A DNA stretch of 64,000 nt from Octopus sinensis (taxonomy: Eukaryota), in assembly GCF_006345805.1 (NCBI RefSeq), contig NC_043008.1:3410001-3474000 (forward strand). Direction: 5' to 3'. A model generated the notes under the pieces. The model was not told the origin of the DNA, made no database searches, and saw nothing but the letters and a program-made list of their open reading frames with translations. This document shows, piece by piece, positions 26,051 through 39,175 of the stretch (position 1 is the stretch's first letter; each line of letters begins with the position of its first letter). Both the position numbers and the translations under genes were made by a program.

Positions 26051-27634
26051 TACTTGATCTGAATAATACATTACTAGACACTTACGACAAACCCTGGGGG
26101 CATGAAGTATAGTAAAATATGATCGCTCACAACACTAAAGCACAATACATCTGGTAAGAGGTGAATCTCTTGCTTGTTTCCAAGCTTCCCATGTTGTCTT
26201 CTTCCATGGCATCATGGATGTGATGCGGAAGTGCTGAAGGAGTTGGATTATAACAACACAAAAAAAGAAGCATCATATATGGTCATAGATGACTGCCAGA
26301 ATATTCTCTGCGCCGCTTAAACACAGGCAATATTTTCGTGTGCTTTATTTTCTGATGGCCTGTAAAATGTGTCATTAACTTTCAATGTGAATACTGCAAT
26401 CGTTGTTGCTCATTTTCACACAGAGAACTTTTACCGAGATATTACACAAAATCTTTGTTAGGATCCACAACATTGGCTACCGCAAAAACTGTAAGAAGAT
26501 ATCGCTGATATGCTGCATTGAAAACCTATGAGGCATCTATGTAAATGAAAATCTCACACACAGTGAATCATTATTCCTGTCTATTTAATTCCATGATCTT
26601 TCTCTAAAAGTGGACGTAAATTGTTCTTTGCTTCAGGAAATAACAATCCATTTTTCTTTGGTCAATTTACCGTGACTTGGAGTTATACTTAGACCGGCGA
26701 CTTGATTTAGAGATTGCATCAAAATGAATTCGTCTAAAGACACGCAAAGACCAAAGACGGATCGTGTCTGTTATTCATTTGGTTGATATCACTGTCTCCA
26801 ATACGCAGATTCCCTGACGAGTTTGAATCGTCTCAAAACAATTGCAGAAAAAAAGCAAAACTTTCGCGATTGGGATTGAACGCAATAACATGCGAACTTG
26901 CAGTGAATTTCTGAAAGACATCATTATACATGGGCCTACAGTTTACGTTTAACATTCGTCAACAACTTCTGGAATACTTTTGTTAAAATAGTCCAATGAA
27001 TGTCACCTGGCTTTATTGGCTCAAATATGTCCCCTCCACTCTCTACATCTTTTATCAACAATGTGACGCGTCTTCACACAAATAAAAGCAAAGATAACGC
27101 AAAAATCCTCATTAGTTTTCTTGGTTATTTACTTCTCCTTATTGTTGTTGTTATTGTTATGTTTAAGCTGTCTAAAAACCAGTTGCACTTCCGAACATTC
27201 CTGGATATGTAGACATCTTAGAAATCCAAACTTGATATCTTCATTTCTAAACATCAAGTGACAACGTTCTTAAGCACAAGACCGTATGGATGCATTGGTA
27301 AGATTTTTATGAAAATATTTATAGCATCAGATAAGCAATAAACGTTTACAGTTCGAATCCAATTTAATTCTGTAAGTATCCAAGAATAAGATGATTGTTG
27401 ATAGTTTAAAACAATTTTAATTTTATTTACGATAAGTTTTCTCCTTCGTTTTGGATTTCACTTTTCTAGTTCACATCTCGACTCTAAGCCAAACGATTGT
27501 AACTTCATGATTAATTGTGTTAAATCTGTCTGGTAAGGAAGAAGGTACCGTGTTAGGAGAAATGATTGTGTGTGGTTGGTGAGGATATGATTGTGTGTTT
27601 GTGTGTGTATTTCTTTTTCAGAAAACCTAATAAT

Positions 27635-28030
27635 AATGGTTTAAAATTTTAGCACAAGACCAGCAGGTTCAGTGGGTGGGGAGTAAGTTGATTACATCAA
27701 ACGGTACTTATTTGATCGACTCCGAAATGATGAATGGTAAAGTAAACCTCAGCGGAATTAGGGCTCAGAACATAAAAACGAACGAAAAGCTGGTAGGCCT
27801 TTTTCCCAGCTTGCTAATCATTCTGTCAATTCCCCACCTTCAAAACCCCTTTAACATGAAAAGGGTGGCGAGCTGGCAGAACCCTTGGCTCTCAGGCCAG
27901 CATGCTTAGAGATATTTCGTCCGTCTTTATGTTCCGAGTTCAAACTCCACCGAGGTTGACCTTTCCTTTAATCCTTTCGAGACGAAAATGACCTTGGGGT
28001 CCATATACACGAATTACCTTCTCCCCCAAA
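27635..28030. mobile_element. Two divergent family A SINEs (- at 27635-27840, + at 27863-28030)
   Basis: GGTGGCGAGCTGGCAGAA..GAGTTCAAACTCCACCGAGGTTGAC on +, with the reverse-complement body just upstream. Confidence 0.75.
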
Positions 28031-29535
28031 ATAATATACACCACCTTTTAAACGGCTGCGAAAATAAGCTCAGGACCCTAATCATTAGCGGTGGAGTACA
28101 TTAGCTTGCAAAAATCTGAAAGCAATGTTAGCAATACAAAACTAGAAGTCTGTAGGTTGATTATTCTGCTTCCTTCCAATGATCGGCAGAGCAAAAGGCA
28201 TTTATGGGGGGGGGGTCTTTTGTCTCTTCCTCCACGAACGCAAACTATCTGACAAGCTGTCTAAATTTCATGAGACGTCTATGTCTTGACTTAGTCTCCC
28301 AAATGAAAATGAAAAAATTACTTATATACCGTTTTACGGTACGTTGTGTTATGTCATATATGTGATGTGGTTGTTATCATACCACAAATACAGCAAACAT
28401 CAGTTATTTTTACATTTATTGGTAATTTGTTTAGAATATGTTACAAGCTTAAAAGAAAAGAAAACGTGTGTAAGAACGTATTGGTTGCAACAACAGATTT
28501 ATACGTTTATCAGTAAGTTGAAAGATAAAAATATGATATACCTAAGTAATATCTTAAATTATAAACTGGAAATAAATCAAAAGAAAATGGCATTTATTAA
28601 ATATTAGACATGCTTATGAGAAAACCATCAAGTTTCAAAATAGGAGCAACAAAAACCAAAATGCAAGTCTACCTCAACTGACGTCTTTTGCAACTTGAAG
28701 TATTTTTTAAAAAAATTACTGGTAAAATTTAAACCTCAACTTCAATCGATTCATCCAAGTGTGCGTTGGTCTCAGCGAAAATATTTAAGAGTTTATAGAT
28801 TTAAAAAAGAAAAGTACTTGAAATTTAATACTGAAGAGGAAAATCAAAAAAATTAAATGTGATATGTACAAAATATTTTATTAAAATAGATTTGAAGTAA
28901 TGACTTTTGAAGAAATTTTTCGTGTTACATCTTTCGTGTAATTTTCGGAACCAATTACCGACGCAAGTTGAGGTATACCCGTACAGAAAATACACCTAAA
29001 ATTATATCAGATGAAAAGTTTCCTGATTGTGTGTTTTTAAATCTTAGTATCGCATAAGTGAGAAAGGTTTGTACTTGAACTGGAAACAACTGTCAAGGGT
29101 TCTCAACTACATAAGAACATCTGCAACTTTTTCCAGGGGCATTGGAAAACCTAATTTATAATTATGATATTTAGTGACTTAGAAACTAGGGAAAGAAATA
29201 CATTTAGCTTACTATGTTATGTTTATTAATATCAGTATAGAAAAACATTGCAACAATTAATATATTTAAGAAAATCTAAATACTTTACAAAGAAGAGTGT
29301 ACGATTTGAGGCCAACTTCTATAATCAGTAAATGAATGGCTGTTCTTTGTTGCTGATTGCCACAGTCGGTTGATCAGGATAAAAATATTCTTATAGAGTT
29401 TGGTTACGTCCTTTAAGATTCTGAATACAAATTGCACAAATACTAAGTTGAACTCTCTTATTACAAGCGAATGTACTCCACCACTAATGATTAGGGTCCT
29501 TGCAGCGGTTTAGAAGGTGGTGTATATTATTTTGG
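28026..29535. mobile_element. ~1.5-kb non-autonomous element with ~75-85 bp terminal inverted repeats
   Basis: AATAATATACACCACCTTTTAAACGGCTGC..AGGACCCTAATCATTAGCGGTGGAGTACAT (28026-28110) is the reverse complement of 29462-29535. No transposase ORF inside. Confidence 0.75.
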
Positions 29536-29852
29536 TGGGAAAGCGATTGTCGAATATTGTAAGGTGAAGCCATTAATATTCGAAGCCTTTCCACTGTATC
29601 TCCGTCATAGAGAGAATTTGATGAACGGCGCACTGTATCAGTTGCCGAAGACTGAATAAATTCAATGACATTTGGACATGTCGTAAGTTATTACTTCGTG
29701 ACAAAAGGGTTTCGTGCTTTAAATGGCCTCGTCTTATTTTACACTAATATCTCGATTTCACTTAAGCTCTGCAAGGGATTTAAATTCATCGATGTTTCAA
29801 AAGAAATAAAGAAATCAACAAATATTGACACCATATTAGAGACTGGCGGTGT

Positions 29853-29854
29853 GT

Positions 29855-29886
<32 letters not shown>

Positions 29887-29887
29887 A

Positions 29888-29937
<50 letters not shown>

Positions 29938-29955
29938 CTGCTGCTGTTGCTGCAT
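29853..29955. repeat. Interrupted (CTG/TTG)n trinucleotide repeat
   Basis: Reads as a CAG/CAA mosaic on the - strand. Confidence 0.95.
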
Positions 29956-30793
29956 CAATAGTAGTAGCAGTAGTGATGACATCAAACATTTTGCTCCACA
30001 CGTTACCTTCCGAATTATTTCGGCTTTCAGTTCCTTCTCTTGCTTATTGTATTGAGTGCTATCTATTACTTGATTTAACCATAATAAAACCAAAATTAAT
30101 CTACAAAATCTGGAAGAATTATGAGTTCACTGAATCCCTTTACTCTCGAAATGCTTCCTCTCTTGGCATCATCCGATAACCCGATGTTGCCGAGAGTATG
30201 GCCGCAAGTGTAAGTGTGAAATTAATATCTTTCTATCCACCATCCCCAGAACAAAATGCATCAATCAAAACACCACTTCTTGTAAATATTTCATCAAATT
30301 CGACAGTATATATTTCTTCTTCCAAACATTTCATTTTTCTTCATATCTTTTTTGTTTCTTTGCCTCTTTAACATAGTCTATCGCTCCTATTTCCCAACAT
30401 ATCCTCAGTTATTAATATTTCTTGGCTATCGGTAGTCGTCACTTATTCAAAGGCGACTAGCGTTGACATTTGTTGGCCTTGGGTGACGGCCATCTTGTCA
30501 GAAGCACGTCCATCTTAAGCGGCCAGCAACGAATACGTCTCTTATGATTTACATTCTCAAATAAATGTTTGTGCTATCTTAATAGGCATTCTTTCTGTTC
30601 TTGTTTGTGATATGTTCTAAGCTCTACATCCTCTTCACCATCTTCTTTCGGATTGCGTAGAAGTCAATAATTTTCAATACAAAACTCGGTGTCCGTTGTC
30701 TTAGGAATAAAACTGCGCCTTTGAGGGTTTTTAGAGCTCCGTCTCACTGTGAATTTGATGAATTTGTACGTTGCAGTGGGATGAACTTCGGCT

Positions 30794-30835
<42 letters not shown>

Positions 30836-31649
30836 GAAAATTGCACACATCCTACGCAAAACACTTTCAATACAGTAACCATAAGAGCATCACACCAAAC
30901 CACAGCACATACCCAAGGCACACAGCTGCGCTCGGTAGTGAAGTGAAAGCGCGCTATAAAAATAAAACTACTGAAGAAGAAGAAGAGAAGAAGAAGAAGA
31001 AGAAGAAGAAGAAGAAGAAGAAGAAGAAGAATTCATTTTATTAGACACAGGGCTATGGATGATGGGTACATCACAAGGACGGACAACAATTTGTGCGGTG
31101 TTTACATAAAGGAACGGAAGAAAGTGAAATGCGATAAATAGATACTTAGCATACAAAGTATGTGATAACATGAATGATGCAGGCAACTAGACCTGACCTA
31201 AGATTACACTGGCCACCAAAAATACGACCCCTTTAATCACCAATCTACAGGCGCATACCTAGAGTGGACCATTCGCTTACGTCCCTGTAATTTAGCGAAA
31301 TTTAAAACAAATAAGTACTGATACATTCGACTAAATATTCTTCAAGGCGGTGCCCCAGCATGACGAGTAAACCATAAAAGATAAAAGCTATGTTCGAGCG
31401 AAGACTTTCTGACAAAACGATGGTAACTTGGTGTATTACTGACGTGAGCCTTTGTCATTTAATCAGCAAAACATCGTAAGTAGAAACACAGAGTGGAGAA
31501 GTGAAGTGGAAGCGAATGAAGAAGTGGTTGTTTTCAGGTAAAGGAGAATTAGGTTGATTTTAGATGGTGGTGGAAGAGAGAAGAAACATATCCTTTGAAT
31601 GGTTGCGATAGATTTTGCGAAGAATTCAAAACGCGACGAGGAAAACTGT

Positions 31650-32500
31650 TCAGTTCACTGAAAGGATTAATAGTGATAAACTAGAAAAGGTAACCGTAAA
31701 AGCAATGGAATTATCTAAGACAATGTAACTGAAATCAACTGTTTGATAAAGACAGCCAATGTGTGGAAAATGAATGAGACTTGTAAGACATCACAAGTGG
31801 AGTGGGAAAGCAAGAACTCTTTTAGAACAAGACGATAACAATAAATCAACAAGCAAGGATGTATGTTTATGTAAGGATGATGGTAAATATGCAGTGTAGT
31901 AAAATGAATAATTGGAGCGCTCAAACCCTGATGGCATTCAGTGGTATTAGTTACAGGAATTGAAATCTTTAGAAGAGAGATTATCTTTGGAATTGTATAT
32001 TCAGTAGTGAGGAGTGACCTACATGATTCATACACGGACGAATTTTCGGTGTTAACAGACTCGCCATAAACAAAAATAATGTTAACCATGTTGCGCCTAG
32101 TATGCTCTTTTCTGATGTAAATATTTTGACCGGTATCACGGTGGACTATAATATCTGGAAGCAGAGGCGGGAAAGATGTAGAAGATAGAGTGATGGACCT
32201 AAAAATCAATTTCTGTACATACGATGATACTGAACGATTCAATGAGAAGCCATACAAACTTGGAAAAAATCTTGGTTGATAACGAAATGCCTATGATGTG
32301 GTTTTTCACTCCTCAATCATAGACTGCGTGTTGTTACTTAAAACAATGTCACTGACAATGTTGGTGCGTGAAAAAAACTATTAACTACATGTGTCAGGTA
32401 AGTTTGAAATAACTGGGAATGTACCATGGAAACATTTTACAATCAAAGTTATTTGTTGTGTGCACGGTACCCTAAACGTTGATTTTACAAAAAAAATGGG
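31650..32500 (+). mobile_element. Decayed R4/Dong-clade non-LTR retrotransposon RT region
   Basis: Fragments TEINCLIKTANV, KMNNWSA..PDGIQ and NLEKILVDN..AYDVVFHSSIIDC match R4-clade motifs (NWKAPGPDGIQ, NLSMAWIDYRKAYDMVPHSWI). Many stops and frameshifts. Confidence 0.6.
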
Positions 32501-33289
32501 TAATTAGGATCTTACTTGGAAGACAGTAGATTGGTAAACTGACTCCTGACCAATGTATAAAATGCATGACAAGTGCAGTAGATAAGCACGCATCATTGTA
32601 ATGGATGTCAAAATTAGAAAATGAAGTTAATCCCCCGGACCTATTTATGCGAGATATGATATCAACAAATCTGTAGCATCATCGTTATGTAGACGATGGA
32701 ATGGAAATAAAACCAGCCTCGTTGTGAGTGCCACTCACGAGGACAAAAGGATACAACATTTTAAAAAAAAAAAAAAGTAAAATAGACAGAAAGATATATT
32801 TCAGTCCTGAGATTATCTGTCTTTCATTTCTTCTTGTGATTGTTGCTTGATTAATGTTTAAACTCAAGTCAGCTCTGATCAAGAAGACATAGAATTCAAG
32901 GCATTCACGATAAAATTATCGTTTTTTTTTTCTCCTTTATTCCTTGGACGGTATTTTTCATTGTGTCCTTTGTAAGAGAATGCAATGTATAGTTTGTCAG
33001 ATAAATTTGGGGAATTTAGTTGATCAAGCTACTCACGCAAAGACTCTATTACTAGACCGACATGTTTGACATGGGTGAAAGAAATAGATCTGTAATATTC
33101 ATTTATGTAAACATTGCAGGGTGAATTCTATACTTTTAATTTCTACTTGTTAATTAATTGAAAAATAGAATTTCTCAGATTTCTAAAATAATTTCGCTAT
33201 TTTCAGAAGTTGGAGAAATAGAACCTGCTGAATATCGTATGAACTCTTCAAAAGAAATCATACAAATTAACTACACATAATCTGAGCTG

Positions 33290-33410
33290 TATATTCAGAA
33301 TAACGCACATCAGAAAGGTGAACGTATTTAACAGGAACACGATAAAAATTACATATTCGTGCTCAACTAATGTGAAAACCTACATCAATGATAAACTAAC
33401 GACGCGAATC
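33290..33410 (+). mobile_element. Penelope-like element ORF fragment (RT-endonuclease linker)
   Basis: From 33324 it reads VFNRNTIKITYSCSTNVKTYIN, matching the PLE motif IFNRNTVKVSYSCM.N. Confidence 0.75.
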
Positions 33411-33660
33411 AGTCCTGGTTACTCATCTGAAGGTAAATCGAAATAATCCTGAGACGGAAACATACGATATATCCGAAGAAGGTGTGGAAAGGTTGAAAAT
33501 TCTGGCACTATTCCGTAGTATCATCTTGTATCCAAGCTGACCAGAATTGTCTAATATGACCCCGATGTTTCCTCCCCAATCTCTACACTGTATTAGGTTG
33601 TCAATTGTCAAGAAAGTTCTTGCGGAATTTATAGATTTGGTTTTAGATGACTTGTGAACT

Positions 33661-33849
33661 AAATGCGTAGCCGTATTTCGTCTGTCATTGCGTTGTGAGT
33701 TCAAATTCCGCCGAGGTAGACTTTGCATTTCATCCTTTCGGGGTCGATAAATAAAGTACCAGTTACGCACTGGGGTCGATATAATCGATTTATCCCTTTG
33801 TCTGTCCTTGTTTGTCCCCTCTATATCTAGCTCCTTGTGGGCAATAAAG

Positions 33850-33853
<4 letters not shown>
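33661..33853 (+). mobile_element. 5'-truncated family A SINE, well preserved
   Basis: GAGTTCAAATTCC (B box), central GACTTTGCATTTCATCCTTTCGGGGTCGATAAATAAAGTACCAG (Meta-SINE-like domain) and tail GGGCAATAAAGAAATA. A lone mariner-like TIR lies at 33591-33630. Confidence 0.9.
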
Positions 33854-33897
<44 letters not shown>

Positions 33898-34580
33898 ATA
33901 CATAACGAGCACACACTTACATAGACACGCAAACACACACACGCACGCACGTACATACACACACAACCACACACGCTCGCACGCACACTCACTCACACAT
34001 ACACATATACACTGACACATATTCGTATTCCCATATTCAAGTGTCAACCTGAATGTTGAAAGTACATTATTAACGCAATCGAAAAACGCAGTATTTATGT
34101 CTCTGGACGTTTTTCTACTTCTTTCTCTATTTAATGGTTACAATAGTGAGTGTTTGCGTATATATGTGCATCAGAATGTCGTTGTGACGGTCGGACATGA
34201 GTGTGACACACCACGTATGTTTGCATTCAACATTTATCAGTCCTATTAGATCTCTTTTCACTCACTCACATACTCACATAGATTCTTTTGCGTCATTTTC
34301 CTGGGAGAACACGTTTCTTTGTTCTACCATTCTTAATTCCAACTGTGATATATTCGAAGTTGTTTTAGGAGTCGCACAGGAGATTTCTGAACTATTTTTC
34401 CTCCGTCTACAGACTTAAAACATTATCCGTTTCTTGTGAGACATTGAAATTCCTAAAAGTGCACTGTTTTGCTGAAGCAAACAAGGTATTCACTAAATAT
34501 ACATCCTACAGATTCCTACAGAAATTCTATTGAGTTTTCTTTGGATTTTAGTCTGCCCATTCATTGAATCAGAACATTTG

Positions 34581-35510
34581 TTGTGTGTGTGTGTGTGTGT
34601 GTATGTGTGTGTGTTTGTGTGTGTGTGTGTGCTCATAGTTTCGCGTAAGGCATAGGTTTACGCTCGGCCGATGTTCAGATTTAATATCTCTAGATGAACA
34701 CAGCAAACATCGTAAAAGTAATAATGGAAGTGTTGGAAAATGTCAGTGAAGGTGGACGGGGCCGACTGCGTGAAATGAGGACAGACGAAACAATGGAGTC
34801 GACGACGTTCCTGTGACCACCACTGTCCGTACCTCAAGGAAAAGAGTACCAATTACATTAGACGTTGGCCATTGGAGAGTATGAGAGATTATTTCAATGG
34901 TGGTAGATGTGGACCGGGTTTAGCGAGGAAGTCCGGGATATTCACCTTGCTTACATAAGCGGAAATACTTTCTCAGATAATAGTTCAAGCCACCAGGTGG
35001 AATTGACATTATTAATTTTTCTTTCTTCGTCGTCTTTGCTTTGTCCCTCCATAGTCTTTTCCTTCCATTTTCCCATCATCCCTTGAACATTTATTCACAT
35101 TATTATCGCTCTCTCAGTCCTTCATGATTCGCACAGTCGTGCTTAATCCTTCCCACACTTTCAGTTCTTACTATTTGTACGCTCTTACTTCCTGCCTTTA
35201 TCTATGCGGTGTCACTTTCACTTCCGTGTATCTAACTTTAGTTGTTCTTTTTTCACTACTTTTACAAGGGAAAATACTGATCTCATTTCTGAATAACCGT
35301 AATTAAGTTTTAAAGAATTAACGTGTGCGTTACTTCTAGAAAAATGGTAATTAATTTTATACACACATTTCCTTAGCCTTTGAAGAATTGAAGAACTCAC
35401 TTCCTCTCTAATCTAAACTTGCTGTGTTCAATGATACATCCAAAAGCTGTACATTTGCGAGTTTGACCCTATTACACATGTGCGGAACTAGGTGTGTGGA
35501 ATACATTGTA

Positions 35511-35562
<52 letters not shown>

Positions 35563-35581
35563 GTTGTGTGTGTGTGTGTGT

Positions 35582-35612
<31 letters not shown>

Positions 35613-36489
35613 CTCATAGTTCGCGTAAGGCATAGGTTTACGCTCGGCCGATGTTCAGATTTAATATCTCTAGATGAACACAGCAAACATCGTAAAAGTA
35701 ATAATGGAAGTGTTGGAAAATGTCAGTGAAGGTGGACGGGGCCGACTGCGTGAAATGAGGACAGACGAAACAATGGAGTCGACGACGTTCCTGTGACCAC
35801 CACTGTCCGTACCTCAAGGAAAAGAGTACCAATTACATTAGACGTTGGCCATTGGAGAGTATGAGAGATTATTTCAATGGTGGTAGATGTGGACCGGGTT
35901 TAGCGAGGAAGTCCGGGATATTCACCTTGCTTACATAAGCGGAAATACTTTCTCAGATAATAGTTCAAGCCACCAGGTGGAATTGACATTATTAATTTTT
36001 CTTTCTTCGTCGTCTTTGCTTTGTCCCTCCATAGTCTTTTCCTTCCATTTTCCCATCATCCCTTGAACATTTATTCACATTATTATCGCTCTCTCAGTCC
36101 TTCATGATTCGCACAGTCGTGCTTAATCCTTCCCACACTTTCAGTTCTTACTATTTGTACGCTCTTACTTCCTGCCTTTATCTATGCGGTGTCACTTTCA
36201 CTTCGTGTATCTAACTTTAGTTGTTCTTTTTTCACTACTTTTACAAGGGAAAATACTGATCTCATTTCTGAATAACCGTAATTAAGTTTTAAAGAATTAA
36301 CGTGTGCGTTACTTCTAGAAAAATGGTAATTAATTTTATACACACATTTCCTTAGCCTTTGAAGAATTGAAGAACTCACTTCCTCTCTAATCTAAACTTG
36401 CTGTGTTCAATGATACATCCAAAAGCTGTACATTTGCGAGTTTGACCCTATTACACATGTGCGGAACTAGGTGTGTGGAATACATTGTA

Positions 36490-36539
<50 letters not shown>

Positions 36540-36540
36540 A
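34581..36540. repeat. Near-identical ~980-bp tandem duplication
   Basis: 34631-35512 matches 35612-36491, with only two 1-nt homopolymer indels seen. Units are bounded by (TA)n/(TG)n. Confidence 0.95.
34640..34880 (+). mobile_element. Decayed RTE LINE 3' coding end (duplicated at 35620-35860)
   Basis: MNTANIVKVIMEVLENVSEGGRGRLREMRTDETMEST resembles the RTE C-terminus (RM...LVK.IMEG.VEG.R.RGRPR..W.D.I.EWT). Confidence 0.5.
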
Positions 36541-36642
36541 TGTGTGTGTGTGTGTGTGTAATGTGGGTGGAATATTAGCAATTAAAAAAAAACTAAAGGC
36601 AAATTTATAGGCATCATTAAAGTGACAGTGTAGAAAGTAGTG

Positions 36643-36754
36643 CCAGTATTGCTAGAAATAAGAATTTTAAAAAACTCATTAGCCACAGAGATAGTGCTTT
36701 GGTGGCTAATGAGTCGTTTTGATTCTTATTTCTAGCAATACTGGTATACTAGTA
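36643..36754. repeat. Fold-back hairpin (~45-bp arms)
   Basis: CCAGTATTGCTAGAAATAAGAAT..ACTCATTAGCCAC pairs with GTGGCTAATGAGT..ATTCTTATTTCTAGCAATACTGG. Confidence 0.9.
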
Positions 36755-36784
36755 TCACTTTGTACTCTCTGGTACTTTAGTGAC

Positions 36785-36855
<71 letters not shown>

Positions 36856-36868
36856 ATTACACATTATA

Positions 36869-36917
<49 letters not shown>

Positions 36918-36928
36918 GATAGATAGAT

Positions 36929-36999
<71 letters not shown>

Positions 37000-37041
37000 C
37001 TCAGATATATATCATTTAAAAAATACATACACACATATCAT

Positions 37042-37116
<75 letters not shown>

Positions 37117-37684
37117 GTATATAAATATATATATGTATGGATGGATGTATACGTGTATGTATATACTAGTGATAAAGCTAGACTTTTCCTTTAGGAAGCA
37201 GATGATTTTGTGTGAAATTACAACTCAATTCCTTGGAATTATCTTCCTTTCTCGGTCTCCACGCTCACTGTTGACGCTCGCTGTAAGTTTTCTCCATCCA
37301 ATTACGACAGAATTATAAATCTATTAATGAGAATTATGCTGCCGCTATTCATAGAACTGCTGTATCAGTGTACGAGAATGTGTTTACATAAACGAATTAC
37401 ACACACGCACATATTGGAGGGCTTGCATTCATTTATATAGATATATATTCACTCGCACGCAGACACACACGTGGCATATACATATATATATATATATGTA
37501 TATATATACATTTAAATGTAAATAAATCCCCGTTTATCCTCTGTGCATTTTGAACATTTTTATACTTCAAATCTGTACTGCTACTTTGGAGTAATATCGA
37601 TTTAGGTGTGTGTGTTTGCGCGCCCGCACCCCCTGTGTGTATACATGTGCATGTGTATTCATATATATATATATATACATTTAT

Positions 37685-37910
37685 GTGTGTATAAGAGTGA
37701 TAGACTGAGGGAAAGCCTCTAAGTGGTTTTTCATCACGCTAGAAATCCGAGTAAAATCCCAAACCACGAAATATCTATTCTTATTTTGGCACGTTGAATG
37801 TAGACCAGAATAAGAATAGCTTCTTCGTGGTTTGGAATTTAGCTCTCATTTCTAGTGTGATGGAAAACCACTTAGTAGCTTTCCCTCAGTACATAACTCT
37901 TGTACACACA
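37685..37910. repeat. Fold-back hairpin (~105-bp arms, ~15-nt loop)
   Basis: ACTGAGGGAAAGC..TAAGTGGTTTT..AAACCACGAA..CTATTCTTATTTTGG pairs with CCAGAATAAGAATAG..TTCGTGGTTT..AAAACCACTTAG..GCTTTCCCTCAGT. Confidence 0.9.
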
Positions 37911-38019
37911 TACAATATAATATTTGCAGTTTATGGACATTTTTACGCACGCTGACCACTGGTAAAAAAAAATAATAATATCTAATCTTTACCCTATATC
38001 TAAAATTATATATATATAT

Positions 38020-38290
38020 AAAATCACGTTAATGATTTTCACCAAGTTGTCAGCATACCATAAAAATCTATAGTCAATTAATACATTAAATTGATAATAA
38101 TGTACATCTGTATATAATTATATCAACGGAGATCGGGCAAAAACGACATGTCTCCAGCATCTCTGAAGTGCCAATATCTTCAAAAAACTACCAGAAACTA
38201 CCCCAAAATTACCATCATTGTTGGCACTTAAGATATCGACACTCCAGGCATGCTGGGGACAGGTCGTTTTCGCCCTTGATAGAATTATAT
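38020..38290. mobile_element. Inverted-repeat unit built like 23172-23708
   Basis: Its leader TTTCACCAAGTTGTCAGCAT resembles TTTCACCAAGTGTTCAGTAT at 23208. Inverted arms at 38112-38160 and 38250-38290. Confidence 0.65.
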
Positions 38291-38295
38291 ATATA

Positions 38296-38322
<27 letters not shown>

Positions 38323-38326
<4 letters not shown>

Positions 38327-38477
38327 TTTACTCTTTTACTTGTTTCAGTCATTTGACTGCGGCCATGCTGGTCGACCCGGGGCTATAGTAGAAGATGCCC
38401 AAGATGCCACGCAGTGGGACTGAACCCGGAACCATGTGGTTGGTTAGCAAGCTACTTACCACACAGCCACTCCTACG

Positions 38478-38480
<3 letters not shown>
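38323..38480 (-). mobile_element. Family B SINE with internal deletion (head fused to tail)
   Basis: - strand AGGCGTAGGAGTGGCTGTGTGGTAAGTAGCTTGCTAACCAACCACATGGTTCCGGGTTCAGTCCCACTGCG... joins directly to CCAGCATGGCCGCAGTCAAATGACTGAAACAAGTAAAAGAG. Confidence 0.9.
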
Positions 38481-38572
<92 letters not shown>

Positions 38573-38758
38573 GTGTGTATATGTATATATGTATATATAT
38601 ATATATATATATTTAAGAGGTGAGGAATTATGTACATTATTTACATTATAATGCCGGTGCCCCAGCATGGCCACAGCTCGTGAGCTGAAACTAGATAAAA
38701 TAAAATTTTAAAAAATAAAATATACATTTGATGGATATTTGTCCTCATCGTGTTGTTA

Positions 38759-38802
38759 CCACAACGTTTCGGCTGATGTACCCGCCAGCCTTCATCAGGT
38801 GT
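38759..38802 (-). ncRNA. Minimal type I hammerhead ribozyme in a pLTR fragment (38617-38805)
   Basis: CAC-CTGATGA-A-GGCTG-GCGGGTACAT-CAGCC-GAAA-CG-TT-GTG: intact core, 5-bp stem II, palindromic AACGTT. Confidence 0.85.
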
Positions 38803-39079
38803 CTAGGTTAAGAAGACGTAAAAGCACCAACATCAGTTATCAAGTGATGGTGGAAGAGACAAACACACACACACACACACACAGACATACACACATACAC
38901 ACACACACATATATATATTTATATCTGTATATATAAATAGATGTGTGTATTTTTTCCTTGTTAACAATTAACACGGTAAAAAAATTATATATATACATAC
39001 ATACATATGCACCTATCTCTTTTTCTCAATACATAAATGTGTATTCATACATACCCATACACCCACATGTAATATATAC

Positions 39080-39168
<89 letters not shown>

Positions 39169-39175
39169 GCGTTGT

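Noticed and set aside
26811-26850. HHR-like CTGACGA..AAAACAATTGCA; similar weak cases at 29619, 40535, 45580 and 48870
   Set aside because: Each needs two or more core changes or has weak stems, so chance cannot be excluded.
29836-30093. Poly-Q ORF (CAG/CAA mosaic)
   Set aside because: The flanks are other triplet repeats with no protein-like sequence or clear splice sites. Most likely a non-coding microsatellite.
30200-30530. Possible L1/Tx1 5' end (AAGATGGCCG motif, - strand)
   Set aside because: No translatable ORF1 motif could be confirmed.
31715-32257. 180-aa ORF on the - strand
   Set aside because: It is antisense to the decayed R4-like RT on the + strand and has no protein motifs.
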